This document shows positions 12,645 to 26,200 of a DNA stretch of 64,000 nucleotides, piece by piece (within the stretch, counting starts at the first letter, position 1; each line of letters starts with the position of its first letter). The notes under the pieces were generated by a model. That model saw nothing but the letters and a program-made list of their open reading frames with translations. It had not been told where the DNA came from and searched no databases. Source of the DNA: the human T2T-CHM13v2.0 reference genome, Homo sapiens; assembly GCF_009914755.1 (NCBI RefSeq), contig NC_060931.1; one strand, given 5' to 3'. Both the position numbers and the translations under genes were made by a program.

Positions 12645-15344
12645 CACATCCCCTAAGAAAATATATTTTTGCATTTGTTCTACTATTGACTTATTTTCTT
12701 AACATTTTAAACCTTAAGAACAAAGGTTAAATAAAGCACACCACATAATCTTGCAGGGGATATTTGCATTTTAAAACTGCCAGTAATAGAAGAACGTGAT
12801 AGCACACGTAGGCATAGGTTTTGATCAAAGATGGGAGATATAGGGGACTCTGAAAAAAATCTCTAGGAGTAATGAAAAGTAAATAGAGATGGGCTTAAAA
12901 TAACTCATAGACTATCTCATTTTTGACTTGTATTGTTTTTGTATCACAGGAATTTGAGCACATAAATATAGTTTCTATGAAGTACTGATCATATTCCTTC
13001 AGCTTAGTGACATAGCTAAGTTCAAGTTAAAGTAGAGTAGGCTGTCATTAGTAAAAATGCCCAGATAACAAAAAATAATCATGGACCAAACATAATTTTC
13101 ATAACTATAAAAGTTTAATGTTCAGACTGCTTTTAAGTTTTTCAATGATTTTTTTTCAATCAGACACATTTTTATGCTTCACACATTTTCATGCTTCACA
13201 CATTTGTAAGATTTGCAGGATAAGAAATTGTGGCCATTTTTAGAGCATAGGAAAATGACATACACAGAATTGTCTTACATAAAGTCACAGGAAGAGAAAT
13301 CGTTGATCCACAACAAGGACTCAGTACTTTTAGAAATTTGCAACAATCAAAATTAGAAAATGGATTGTTTGAGGCAAGCAATTTCAATCTCATTTACTAG
13401 AGTAGGAGCTCTTCAAATATCTGGTAGGTGATCGCCTAAAAAGAACAATAAAACAAACTATTTGGGGGAACTTTAGATATAATTTATCACACAAAATGCT
13501 GAATGACTTGGAAAGCAGCTCAGAGTCCTAAATCAATGGCAAACGTGAATGTTTTTTCATCCATCACCCAGTGATATTAGAGGTGACAACCTGGTGAAGG
13601 CAACAGAATTCTGCACATTTTATGATGAGATTTGCTACTGCATTTTATGAGAGGTATTTTGAATGAAAACTTTGTCACCATTTTTTAAACAATTCTTATT
13701 AATCTTCACATTTCAAAAACATATTTGTGCAATTCTTTGAGCTTACTCTTCTTCAATCTCAATAAGACACAATATTATCTCCCTTGGTGCTGGTTCCTGA
13801 CAAATCTCCAGACAAACTTAGCTTTTAATATCAATCACACCTCATTCCTTTCTCATCATATCAGAACAAACAAAGAGAAGTGTTGTGCATCTTTGCAAGT
13901 GCAGAGTATGATTTCAAATGTGCTGATTCAGCCAAAAGTCTTAAATTTATATTAATCACCACATAAGAGAGTAATTTCTTGGCATGCTGTATTCTTCAAC
14001 TCAAGGGTTTTATCCTGGATGTCTGCACAATTCCTTTCTGGCAAATGAGCATTCAAAAAAGCACTTTAGGTTAAATGAAGCAATAATGAAACAGAATTTA
14101 CTATTTCAGCCAAAATTTTCGACAGAATTAAAACGTAGAAATGAAATAGTTAATCAGAATGAAATTATGAGATTGGTTTTCCTTTGACAATTATGCAACT
14201 TTGATTAAGCTCAGGAATGGCCCCAATTTATCCTTCTCCCAGATCTGTTAGGCTAATCTACTGGCCTGGAGCTGCTCCTTTCCCTGGGTTGGGCATGTTG
14301 CTTCTAAACAGCTGCTACCAGTTAGCTCTTTCCACCTGCAAGAGCTAGGTAAATCACACTCGGATTAGCCACTGTTTTCATCAGAAATCATTTAGAAAGC
14401 CTGGGCCTGGGCCAAAGAGTTGCTGCAGTTTTCATATTATTATAAAGGTACTTATTGTTTTCCTCTGATTGGTCTCTTTTCTCCTGTGTCCTTCTTGGCT
14501 ATTGCCTGCTGCCTTGTACTTTTGAACTCTTTGGAATATATGCTCTTTGCAATATATGTTCCTGCTCTTCCTCATGATGAACCATATGCCCTTCTCTGCA
14601 CTTTGGCATTTGATCTCTTTGTATTGTTGTCCATCTACCTAATTCCTGTCTTTCTTTCTCAGTGGGAGTTTTCCAGATAAATAAATAAATCTGAATATTG
14701 CTGCTCACTTTCTAATTATCATTATTGTTTATAGGGGCTCTGTTTGTGTCTAAGTATAACAGATATACTATCTACTTTGAGTGATTGCCTATTAGTTAAA
14801 GAATAAAGGAAGTTAAAGCATCTGGCCACTGATCCACTCATCCCTCTCCCTGTTGGGTGGGGTGTAAAGTTTGAGGAAATCAGTGTGTGGGGAAAAGCAG
14901 GTCATCTGGGCTACCCTTCTTGTTAACTTGACCTCTGGGTAAATAGACTAATGATGTTTGCCCAGGAGGAAGAGAGTTTATCTCTTAAATATTCTTAGCT
15001 GGATGTCCCTAGCTAAGGATTACTCAGGTCTACTAGCATGCTTCCTGGAAAACATCACATAGGTGATACAAGTCTCTGTACTATAAAATGGTCATGTGTA
15101 ATACTTGACAAGCTAGACTTCTGTGAGGTAATCCTGTGAAACTCACTGAAACACCTCATGGATTCTGGACCAGAGAAGCTTATCTAACCCAAGAAGAACC
15201 GTGGGAGCAGCCCTTGGCGTCTCTCTACCTTGTCTGAGTCCTTTAATTGCCTGTGTCCTTGACGTTATTTAGCAAAGCTTTATACTAATTAAGAACTCTG
15301 TTCTATGTGAATCTGAACTCTGTTCTGTGTGCATCTGACAATGT

Positions 15345-15570
15345 CATTTTGTGAATGAGCTCTAGATTTTTGGCTTTAGTGTGAGATTGCTTGGATTTGA
15401 ATCCTTTTTTCCTTGATGTTTACCTGTGGGCTCTGGGCAAGCTACCTCACCTCCCAGTGATTGATGTTTCTACCCATGAGAATAAGGTTAGGAATAGTTT
15501 CTATTTTGAATAATGCATATAAAACACACAACAGTATTTAACACTAAACTTGAAGTTAATGTTAGATATT
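15345..15570 (+). mobile_element. MIR
   Basis: gattgcttggatttgaatcc...tacctgtgggctctgggcaagctacctcacctcccagtg core. Confidence 0.7.
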
Positions 15571-15597
15571 AAGATTCTGTTCAATAGCTGGGCCACA

Positions 15598-15740
15598 GTA
15601 ATAGCACACATTTATCATGTATTTAGTGTTTACCAGATATTGAGACAAACACTTTAAAATAATTGTTCTCCTCAAATTTTTACAGTCAGCCCTGTGAGTA
15701 ATGAGAAGAATTTCTACAAATGTAGAAGAGACTGAGTTTT
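15598..15740 (-). mobile_element. MIR fragment
   Basis: atagcacacatttatcatgtatttagtgtttaccagatattg...cagccctgtgag. Confidence 0.5.
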
Positions 15741-15827
15741 CACTTTATTCTTAAAGCATGTATCTAATCTGTGTAAGGCATAATTACATGTACAGCCATT
15801 ACTCCCAAAATGAACATCTCCAGGCCC

Positions 15828-15992
15828 TTAATACTCAAAATGCTATCTGAATCATTGGCATCACCTGGAAGCTTGTTAGAAAAGAAGACTTTCTTTCAAA
15901 AAAAAAAAAAAAGCTGATTAAGAATCTGTATTTTTAACAAGACCCAGCCCCCCATCCCAGGATGATTTATTTGCTTGTTAAAATTTGAAAAT
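15828..15992. mobile_element. MER5A-like hAT-Charlie DNA transposon
   Basis: ggcatcacctggaagcttgttagaaa...aatctgtatttttaacaagac...caggatgatttatttgcttgttaaaatttgaaa. Confidence 0.75.
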
Positions 15993-16859
15993 TCAATTTT
16001 AGCTAGTTTTAGGTGTTTCTTTCCCCTGCCATTTAATCAAAAGCAGCCATGATTTCTAAATTAATCCATTTTTAATTGCTACATATACTCATTAAACTTT
16101 TCAGTTTAATCTTCAGCTACAACTTGGGAGCAATTTCATGAGTGTTCGGCGCAGGTACTGTGGAAGGAGGGATGTGAGAGGGAAAATAAAGGTGAAGCAT
16201 TCAGCAGAGGAAATGTTCCTTAATTGAGCTGAGTTTCTCTCCTAGCAGATCTACTATTCAATCTGCATTAAAAAGTGACCCACAATTAATCACATAAAAC
16301 TTAAGTTCATGAGTAGATTTAAACAGAAGTAAATCTTATATTTTCACAGTCTATATTTTCTTTTCCTGGAGTATCTGCAAATTAAGATCAGATATGCATC
16401 ACAGGTATTTGCTAATTATTCAAAGTCACTGATTTTATGAACCTTTTGAAAGTAATTTATCTCAAATTTTGATCCAGTATTTTTCTTGTTTAATTCTATG
16501 ATTTGTAAAATATTTGCAAAAAGTTTATTATATAGTTTTTATGGATCATATTTGATTAGAAGAAATTCTGCTACTTAGTTACCCTATTGATTAGGAGGAT
16601 AACAGAAATAACGATAACTTTTTGTTTCATAATAATCCTAAACTTATGTAGAATACTACATAAATCACTGAATCAATGAAGATGATCATATTAAGCAATG
16701 CACTATTACTTTTTAAAACAATTAGTGTAATGTGGGAAAATATTTTAAAATTAAATTAAGGAGAAAAAATTGTTTGATAATCTTCAGCTTGTAAGAAAAA
16801 TAGCCAGAAGCCAATCTTAATTCTCAGTTTGCCCTGGAACATTCAAAACATAGATCACT

Positions 16860-17317
16860 TTAGGGCAGTAAAAATAAATGAAAATAACCCCCAAAAGAAC
16901 AAACAGAGGCTAGTTATTTGAACTGTGTCATAGGATGGGTGTCAGAAATGATCATTTGCATTTGTCAGAGACTCAGGCAACTGAGGGAGTGACAAAGTGT
17001 CATAGTGAAGAAAATGAAAGCCTTCAGGTATGTTTGGTATGCTCTGATTGAAGGTTGTTGGCATTTACTTGAAAGTGGGCAAATCACGATCACATCTTAT
17101 GTAATTAGTTTGGAGAGCTTATTTATTTAGTTTCTGTTTGGTTTGAGTTGGTAGCAGAGGCAAAAATTAGGAAAGCTGGAAGTAATGAACTAAATCCTAA
17201 TTGCTCCAGCCAACTGCTACAGAGGTTTGGCTTCCTGGACTGGTTGCTGTAGAGGCTGTAGGTCAGAGTTCTAGTTTCATTTATGGTCTGGCCATTGTCT
17301 GAATATTCCATATCTCA
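16860..17317 (-). mobile_element. Old ERV1-class solo LTR (MER110/MER90-like)
   Basis: Minus strand begins TGAGATATGG...CAGACAATGGCCAGACCATAAATGAAACTAGAACTCTGACCTACAGCCTCTACAGCAACCAGTCCAGGAAGCCAAAC; family from memory, left boundary approximate. Confidence 0.55.
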
Positions 17318-17789
17318 GAGCAGAATCCAAATTGTTGACATAAACTATTTGAAAACATAAAATCTGCTATAATCATGATTTTTAAAGCAGCCTAATGTTG
17401 CAAAAGAGTTATAGGCCAATATTCTCAAATATTAAGTTATTTAGAAAACGATACAGATGAGTATTTGAATATTTGCATTTGTGCTAAAATGCTGCCCACC
17501 AGAATTACAAGAGGTATATCAAGCCAGCCCCTATTCTTGAGGTAATTTGACAACTTTTATATTTTATCTCATTGGACCTGAGAACAAAGCTGCAGCTGGG
17601 ATTTTGGAGAGGAAATTCAAAAAAGATTGGAAGTGAAAACTGAAATTCACAGTCATCATTGGTAAGACTAGGAGCCATCAATGCAACTTTCATAGTAGGT
17701 AAAGGACAGTGGAGTGAGATAGATTTGTAGCACCATAGAAAGCCCTGGTTATAACCTGTGGCACTAACTTGATAAATGAAGTAGTGAAG

Positions 17790-17895
17790 TCATTTTAACC
17801 AACATTTGAGCATTTACATTGTTCCAAGCACAGTGTCATGGGTTGATGATTCTAAAAAGAATATGGTAGAGGTCAGCCTACATGGAAATTGATGA
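17790..17895 (-). mobile_element. L2 3' fragment
   Basis: aaccaacatttgagcatttacattgttccaagcacagtg. Confidence 0.55.
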
Positions 17896-20800
17896 AAAGA
17901 GAAAATATTTTGGCACTTAGAGACAGGTGGGAAAATCCACTATTTAAATATGGCAGTGTTTTTTTAGGAATGGATTGCAGCAGTTAAAACCATGTTTTTT
18001 TCAGTTGATGGGCCATAGTGCAACTTTAGAATGGTAGTAAATGTATGCTTTTTATACATAATATATATCTTGTTTTCCTGCTCTTATGAATGTCAGATAC
18101 ATGTATGCTATTAGAAAACAAACTATCAAAATAGCTTTCTAACCTCCTTCTAAAATGTAGTTCATATCAAATTTTAATGTATCAATTAAAAATTGTAACA
18201 CTGTTATGTACACAGTCAATTACCGATGAAAAAATTCATAGTTAATCCATTGTTATTAGAATTAAGGGTTTGGTACTTAAGATAAATGGCACCAGAAACC
18301 AAACTATTTAGTTTATATTCTTAGTTACTAATGAAACTCAGTAAAGAATATAAACATTTCACTGGATTTCTGAAAGCTGTTCTGAGGTCCTGCAATTCTT
18401 CACCGGTTCTCACTTTAGGGTTCTGAACTAAATGTTCCAAAAGCCTTTTTCAATTTCTTTCCTGGCTTCAAGTTTATATTTATTATATTATGTGCCCATA
18501 TAGATAGTTAATGGACTTGACAAAGATAAACATGATTTTTTGCACATTGGACAAGTTTAAAGGTGTGCTTGAAATCAATGGACATTTTGAAGAAGAATAA
18601 GTGTTACAAAGTGGAATTGGACAAAAAATAGGATACAGATGGTTTTGAAATCTTCCAGGAGTTTTGTGCTGGTGTGGCAGGCTGCTTTAAATTTATACTC
18701 TGTCAATATTTGTAGAGTTTGCTTTCTTTTACTTGTAATTTGCTTTTGTTAATGTTTCATGTTAGTGATTTATTTGAAAATGTAACTCTCTGAGAACCAG
18801 GAGTTGAGAATGAGTTCCTCCCTGACCCTAAACAAATTGAGTGTAGCTCACTCTTCTCTCTGGGCACTTGGAAACCTCCCCTAAAAATGTCTCTATCAAA
18901 GACCCTTTATACCCTTTAGCCTGGTCCTCACATCTATGACAGCTTTTCTCTTTTCCTCACTTTCTTGAATTATCTCTTGATTCCTTATTCAGTGTGATCC
19001 TCACCTACCTTCAAACCTGTCAAAGACATGCATATTTTCCTAAAGGATTCTAGAAAGCATCTCCTGTTCTGTTCCTAAAGTTAGTTTTAGAGTGAACTGC
19101 AACCCACCCCTATCCCCAGTAAGTTTTCTGTCCAAATGACACATCCTACCTCCAACACACAAGCAGTACTATCATCTAACTGAATTTTCTTCCTAATTTT
19201 TAAGGGTATTCAATTTTATTCAAATCCATGCAGCTACTACAAGCTCCCTCATTGCAGTTTTTCTTACAGGGTGCACATTTGGAAATTATATTTAGAATAA
19301 CGAAAGTAAACATGTCTATTTGGTCATCATCTAAAAGATGCTAGTATAGGTAACATTTCTCATCTTTAAAAATAAAATTATAGGAATTCTGCTTTTTATG
19401 CAAATTTGAAAGACATAAATTTTATATCTTTAAAACTAATTTTTAAAAACTGTAGGTACATAGTATATATATATATATATTATATATATATATATATTAT
19501 ATATATATGGTGTATGAGATGTTTTGATACAGGCATGCAATGTGAAATAAGCACATCATGGAGAATGGGGTATCTATCCCCTCAACAATTTACCCTTTGA
19601 GTTACAAGCAATCCAATTACATTCTTTAAGTTATTTTAAAATACACAATTAAGTTATTACTGACTATAGTCACTCTATTGTGATGCCAAATAGTAGGTCT
19701 TATTTTTTCTTTCTATATTTTGTACCCATCAACCATCCCCACCTACCCCTACCCACCCACCAACAACCCTTCCCTGCCTTTGGTAACTATCCGTCTAGTC
19801 TCTGTGTACATGAATTCAAAGGATTAGATTTTTACATCTCCAAAATAAGTGAGAACATGTGATATTTGTCTTTCTGTGTCTGGCTTATTTTACTTAACAT
19901 AATGATCTCAGGTTCCATTCATGTTGTTGCAAATGACTGGATCTCATTCTTTTCAATAGCTGAATAGTACTCCATTGTGTGTATTTTCCACATTTTTATT
20001 TATCCATTCATCTGTTGATGAACACTTAGGTTGTTTCCAAATCTCAGCTATTGTAAACAGTGCTGCAACAAACATAGGAGTGCAGGTATCTCTTTGATAT
20101 ACTGATTTCCTTTCTTTTGGGTATATACCCAGCAGTGAGATTACCAGATCATATAGTAGCTTAAGTTTTAGCTTTTTGAGGAACTTCCAAACTGTTATTC
20201 GTAGTGTTTGTACTCACATTCCCAGCAACAGTGTACAAGGGTTTCTTTTTCTTCACATCCTCACCAACATTTGTTATTGCCTGTTTTTTGGATATAAGCC
20301 ATTTTAACTGGGGTGAGATGATATCTCATTGCAATTTTGGTTTTCATTTCTCTGATGATCAGTGAGTTTTCAATGATGTTGAGCACCTTTTCATATGCCT
20401 ATTTGCCATTGGTATGTCTTCTTTTAAGAAATGTCTATTCAAATCTTTTGCCCATTTTGAATTGGATTATTAGATCTTTTTCCTATGGAATTGTTTGAGC
20501 TCCTTATATATTCTGGTTATTCGTCCTTTATCAAATGGATACCTTGCAAAATTTTCTCCCATTCTGTGGGTTGTCTCTTTACTTTTTATTGTATCCTTTA
20601 CTTGATGTGATCCCATTTGTCCATTTTTGCTTTGGCTGTCTGTGCTGGTGGCTTATTGCTCAAGAAGTCCTCGTCCAGACCAATGTCCTGGAGAGATCCT
20701 CAAATGTTTTCTTGTAGTAGTTTTATAGTTTGAGGTCTTAGATTTAAGTCTTTAATCCATTTTGATTTTATTTTTGTATGTGGTAAGAGATAGAGGTCTG

Positions 20801-22029
20801 GTTTCATTCTTCTGCATATATATATCCAATTTCCCAGAAATATTTATTGAAGAGACTATCTTTTCCCCAATGTATGTTCTTGGAATGTTTATCAGAAATT
20901 AGTTCACTGTAGGTGTGTGAATTGGTTTCTGGGTTTTCTATTCTGTTCCACTGGTCTATGTGTCTGTTTTATGCCAGTACCATGCTGTTTTGGTTACTAT
21001 AGCTCTGCATTATAATGTGAAGTCAGGGAATTTGATTCCTCTAGTTGTGTTCTTTTTACATAGGATAGCTTTGGCTATTCTGGGTCTTTTGTGGTTCCAT
21101 ATAAATTTTAGGATTTTTTTTTTCTATTGCTGTGAAGAAAACATTGATGTTTTAATAGGTATTGCTTTGAATCTGTAGGTTGCTTTGAGCAGTATGGATA
21201 CTTTAACAATATTGATTCTTCCAGTATATAAACAATAAATATATATTTTTTTCATTTTTTGGTGTCCTCTTCAATCTCCTTCATCAGTGTTTTTTTTAGT
21301 TTTCATTAGAGAGAAATTTCACTCCTTTGGTTAATTCTCAAGTATTTAATTTTATGTGTGGCTATTGTAAATGAGATTACTTTTTTATTTATTTTTCACA
21401 TTTGTCACTGTTGGCATATAGAAATGCTATTGATTTTTGTATGCCAATTTTGTGTCCTGCAACTTTACTGAATTTGTTTATCAGTTCTAATAGTTTTCTT
21501 TGGAGTCCAGGTTTTTCCAAGTATAAGATCATATCATCAGCAAATGTGGATAATTTGATATCTTTCTTTCCAATTTGGATATCCTTTATACCTTTCTCTT
21601 GTCTGATTGCTCTAGCTCAGATTTCTGGCACTATGAGGAATAACAGTGGTGACAGTCAACATCCTTGTAGTGTTCCAGATCCTAGAGGAAAGACTTTCAG
21701 TTTTTCCCCATTTAGTATGATACCAGCTGTGGGTCTGTCATGTATTATGTTGTATATTTATTATGTTGGGATATGTTCCTTCTATCTCCAGTTTTTTAGG
21801 ATTTTTATTATGAGGGGATATCAAATGATTTTTCAGCATCAATTGAAATGATCCTTCATGTTTTTATTCTTCATTCTGTTGATAAAATGCATCACATTGA
21901 TTGATTTGCATATGTTGAACTATCCTTGCATTCCAGAGATAAATTCTACCAGGTCATAATGAATAATCTCTCTACTGTATTGTTAAATTCAGTTTACTAA
22001 TACTTTGCTGAGGATTTTTACATCAATAT

Positions 22030-22389
22030 TCATGAAAGACATTGGCCAACAGTTTTCTTTTTTTTGATGTCTCCTTGGCTGGTTTTGGCATCAGTGTAAT
22101 ACTGGCTTTGTAGAATACGTTTGGAAGTATTCCCTCCTCCTGTATTTGTTCTGAGAATTTTGAGTATGATTGGTATTAGTTCTTTAAACATTTGGTAGAA
22201 TTCAGCAGTGAAGTCACTGGGTCCTGGGCTTTTCTTTACTAGGACAGTTTTTATTACAGCTTTGATCTCATTACTTGTCATTAGCCTGTTCATGTTTTGG
22301 ATTTCTTTCTGGCTCAATCTTGGTAGGTTGTATGTTTCTAGAATTTTTTTCATTTCTTCTATTGGCCTATAGTTGCTCATAGTAGTCAC
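22030..22389 (-). pseudogene. L1 ORF2p remnant (linker/Z region before RT)
   Basis: EEMKKILETYNLPRLSQKEIQNMNRLMTSNEIKAVIK..KKSPGPSDFTAEFYQMFKE matches the ORF2p motif; frameshifted. Confidence 0.9.
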
Positions 22390-22967
22390 TAATTATCCTT
22401 TGAACTTCTGCAGTATCAGTTGTAATGTCTCCTTTTTCATTTTTGATTTTATTTGGAACTTCTTTCTCTTTTTTCGTAGTCTGTCTAAAAGTTTGTCAGT
22501 ATTGTTTAACTTTTCAAAAACCAAATTTTGTTTTATTATTCTTTTGCATTTTCATTTCAATTTCATTTATTTTGGCTCTGATCTATATTTTTTTCTGCTA
22601 ATATTGAGTTTGGTTTGCTCTTATTTTTCTAGTTCTTTAAGATGCATTGTTAGATTGTTTATTTCAAGTTTTTCTTTTTTATGTAGGCACTTATAGTTAT
22701 AAAATTCCCTGAGTACAGTTTTTGCTGTATCTGATTGGTTCTGGTATGTTGTGTTTCCATCATCATTTGTTTCAAGAAAATTTTCAATTTCCTTTTTAAT
22801 TTCTTTATTGACTCACTGGTAATTAAGTATCATATTGTTATTTTGCAAGTATTTGTATAATTTCCAAATTTAGTTTCATTATTAATTTCTAGTTTTATTC
22901 CATTGCATTCAGAGAAGATGCTTGATATCATATAATTTTTTGAATGTTTTAAGATGTGTTTTGTGAC

Positions 22968-23297
22968 CTAACATATGGTGTATCCTTGAGAATGATTCAT
23001 ATACTGAGGAAAAGAATGCATAGTCTGTAGGGTTGGATGAAATGTTTGGTAAATACCTATTAGATCCATTTGGTTTATAGCGTAGATTAAGTCTGATGTT
23101 TCTTTGTTGATTTTCTGTCTGGAAGATCTGTTCAATGTTGAAAGTGAGGTGTTGAACTCTCCAGCCATTATTGTATAGAAGCCTATCTCTCTCTTTAGTT
23201 CTAATAATAGTTTCTTTATATATTTGGGTGCTCCAGTGTTGGGTGCATATATATTTAAAATTGTTATATCCTCTTGCTGAATTGACCCCTTTATCAT
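22968..23297 (-). pseudogene. L1 ORF2p APE-endonuclease domain remnant
   Basis: MIKGSIQQEDITILNIYAPNTGAPKYIK...IMAGEFNTSLSTLNRSSRQKINKET. Confidence 0.93.
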
Positions 23298-26200
23298 TAT
23301 ATAGTGATCTTCTTTGTCTTGAAATCTATTTTGTCCAATATACGGATAGCAACTCCTGCTCTTTTTTTGTTTTCATTGTCATGGAATTCCCTTTTCCATT
23401 CCTTTATTCTCAGTCTGTGTGTGTCTTTATAGGTGAAGTGTGTTTCTTGTAGGCAACAGATCAATTAGTTTTGTTTTTTCATCTATCCAGCCAGTCTATG
23501 TCTTTTAATTGGAGAGTTTAATCCATTTACTTTCAGTGTTATTATTGATAAGTAAAGAGTTACTACTGCCTTTTTACATTTATTTTCTGATCTTTTTGTA
23601 GTTTTCTCTTCATTGTTTTTTCCTTCCTGTTTTCCTCTAGTGAAGGTGATTATCTCTGGTAATATGATTTAGTTTCTTGCTTCTTATGTTTTGTGTACCC
23701 ATTGTAGGTTTTTTGGTTTGAGGTTACCAGGAGGCTTGCAAATACTATCTTATGACCCATTATTTCAACCTAATAATAATTTAAAACTACTTGCATAAAC
23801 ACACAAACAAGCAAAAAAAAAAAACTAATAAAAACTCTATGCCTTAATTTTGTCTCCCTGCTTTTAAAATTTTGTTATTTCTGTTTATCTTGTTGTATTG
23901 ACTATGCCTTAAAAAGTAGTTGTAGTTAATTTTTTAATCTTTCTATTTAAGGTAAGAGTAGATTACACACCACACAGTTACAGTGTTATATTATTCTGTG
24001 CTTTTCTGTGCTCTTACTATTACCAGTGACTTTTGTAACCTCAGGTGATTATTTATTGCTCATTAATATCCTTTTATCTCTGATTGAAATCCTTTAGGAT
24101 TTCTTATAGGACAGGTCTTGCAATGATGAAATCTCTCAGCTTTTGTTGTCTGGGAAAGTCTTTATTTCTCCTTCATGTTTGAAGGATATTTTCACCAGAT
24201 AAACTATTCTGGGGTGAAAGTGTTTTTTATCCTTTGATCTTTAAATATGTCAAATGGCTCTCTCCTGGTGTTTAAGGTTTCCACTGAATAGCCTGCTGCC
24301 AGACATATTGGAGTTCCATTGCATGTTATTTATTTCTTTTCTCTTGCTGCTTTTAGGATTCTTTCTTTATCCTGGAACTTTGGCTGGACCTTTGGGAATT
24401 TGATTATTCTTTGGGTTAAATCTGCTTAGTGTTCTCTAAACTTCTTATACTTGGATATTGATATCTTTCTCTAGGTTTGGGAAGTTCTGTGTTATTATTT
24501 TTTGAATAAACTTTCTACCCCTATTTCTCTACCTCATCTTTAAACTCAATAACTTTTTGATTTGCCTTTTTGAGACTATTTTCTAGATCCTGCAGGTGTG
24601 CTTCATTTTTAGAAAATCTTTTTTTCTCCTCTGACTGTGTATTTTCACATAGCCTGTCTTCAAGCTCACTCATTCAGTCTTCTGCTTGATTTACTCTGCT
24701 GTTAAAGGACTCTTACACATTTTTAGTATGCCAGTTGCATTTTTCAGCTCCAAAATTTCTACTTGATTCTTTGTATTTTAATCTTTTTGTTAATATATCC
24801 AATAGAACGCTGAATTCCTTTTCTGTGTTATCTTGAATTTATTTCTGTTTCATCACCATAGCTATTTTGAATTCTTTCTCTAAAAAGTCACTTATCTCTG
24901 TGTCTTCAGAATTGTTCCCTGGTAGCTTATTTTATTTGGCCAGGTAATGTTTTCCTAGATGGTGTTGATGCTATTAGATGTCTTTTGGTGTCTGGGCATT
25001 AAAGAGCTTGGTATTTATTGCAGTCTTCACTGTCTAGGCTTATTTGTAGCCTTTCTTTTTGGGAAGGCTTTTCAGATATTTGAACGGAGTTGGGTGTTGT
25101 AATCTAAGGTGTATCTGCTTTAGCGGGCACCCCAAGCCCAGTAACACTGTGGTTCTTGCAAATTCATAAAGATACCTAACCTTGATGATCTTGGACAAGA
25201 TTTGAGAGAGTTTTCTGGATTATCAGGCAGTCTCTTGTACCCTTCTGTTACTTTCTAACAAAGATATAGACTCTCTTTCTCCATTCTGAGCCACCTAAAT
25301 ATGAGGGTGGAGTGACACAAGTGGCCCTGTGGCCACCACCACTGTAACTTCACTGAGTCAGATCTGAAGCCAGATTAGCACTGGGTCTCACCCAAGGCCT
25401 GCTATAGCCACTCCCTGGCTACTGTCTATAGTTGCTGAAGGCCTTGGGGCTCTACAATCAGCAGGTGGCAAAAGCCAGCCAGACCTGTGTCATTCCCTTT
25501 AGGGTGGCAAGGTCCCCAAAGCCCTAGCTGGGTCCAGAAGTGCTATCTGGGAGTCAGGGACTAAAGTCAAAAACCTTAGAAGTCAATCTGGTGTTCTGAT
25601 ATATTCTGGCTGAGCTGGCACTCAAACCACACAACACAGTATTTCCCACTTTTCCCTCCCCTTTCCAAAGGCAAAGGAGCCTTACCCCATAGCCATCAAC
25701 TTGTCAGGTCAAGAGGAATACTGCCAGACTACAACTGATCTTCCCTTAAATCCCAAGGTCTTTTAAGTCAGCTTCTGGTGAATACTGCTTGGCCTTGGCC
25801 TCACCCGTCAGGGCATTGGGCTACTCTCTGGCCCAGGGCAGGTCCAGAAATGGCTTCCAAGAGTCAAGTCCTGTAATCAGAGACCTCAAGAGCCTGCTTG
25901 ATGTTGTACCCCTTTGTGGCTGTGCTGGTTCCTAAAGTGCATGACAGAGTCCCCTTTACTTTTACCTCTCCTTTTCTCAAACAGAAGGAGTTTTGCCTCC
26001 TAGCCATGATAGCTGTTTATGTATTGAGTCTCACCTGAAGCCAGTAAGTCTCAGAGGCTCACCAAGGTCCTTGATGTAGTACCTAGGTATTGCTGCTGGT
26101 TATTCATGGCCCAGTGGCTCTTCAGTTAGCAGGTGATGAAAGCTGCCAGGATTGGGTCCTTTCTTTCAAGGTAGCAGATTTCCTTCTGGCCCAGGGTATA

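Noticed and set aside
13164-13206. 17-bp tandem unit x2.5 (similar micro-duplications at 33476-33520, 33740-33775, 40830-40875, 48103-48130)
   Set aside because: Ordinary slippage duplications with no spacer structure; not CRISPR-like or otherwise organised.
14885-14900. tgtggggaaaagca, resembling the LTR5 start
   Set aside because: Similarity does not extend beyond ~14 bp; not a second HERV-K LTR.
21402-21851. 149-aa plus-strand ORF
   Set aside because: Antisense translation of L1 ORF2 DNA, a common artefact.
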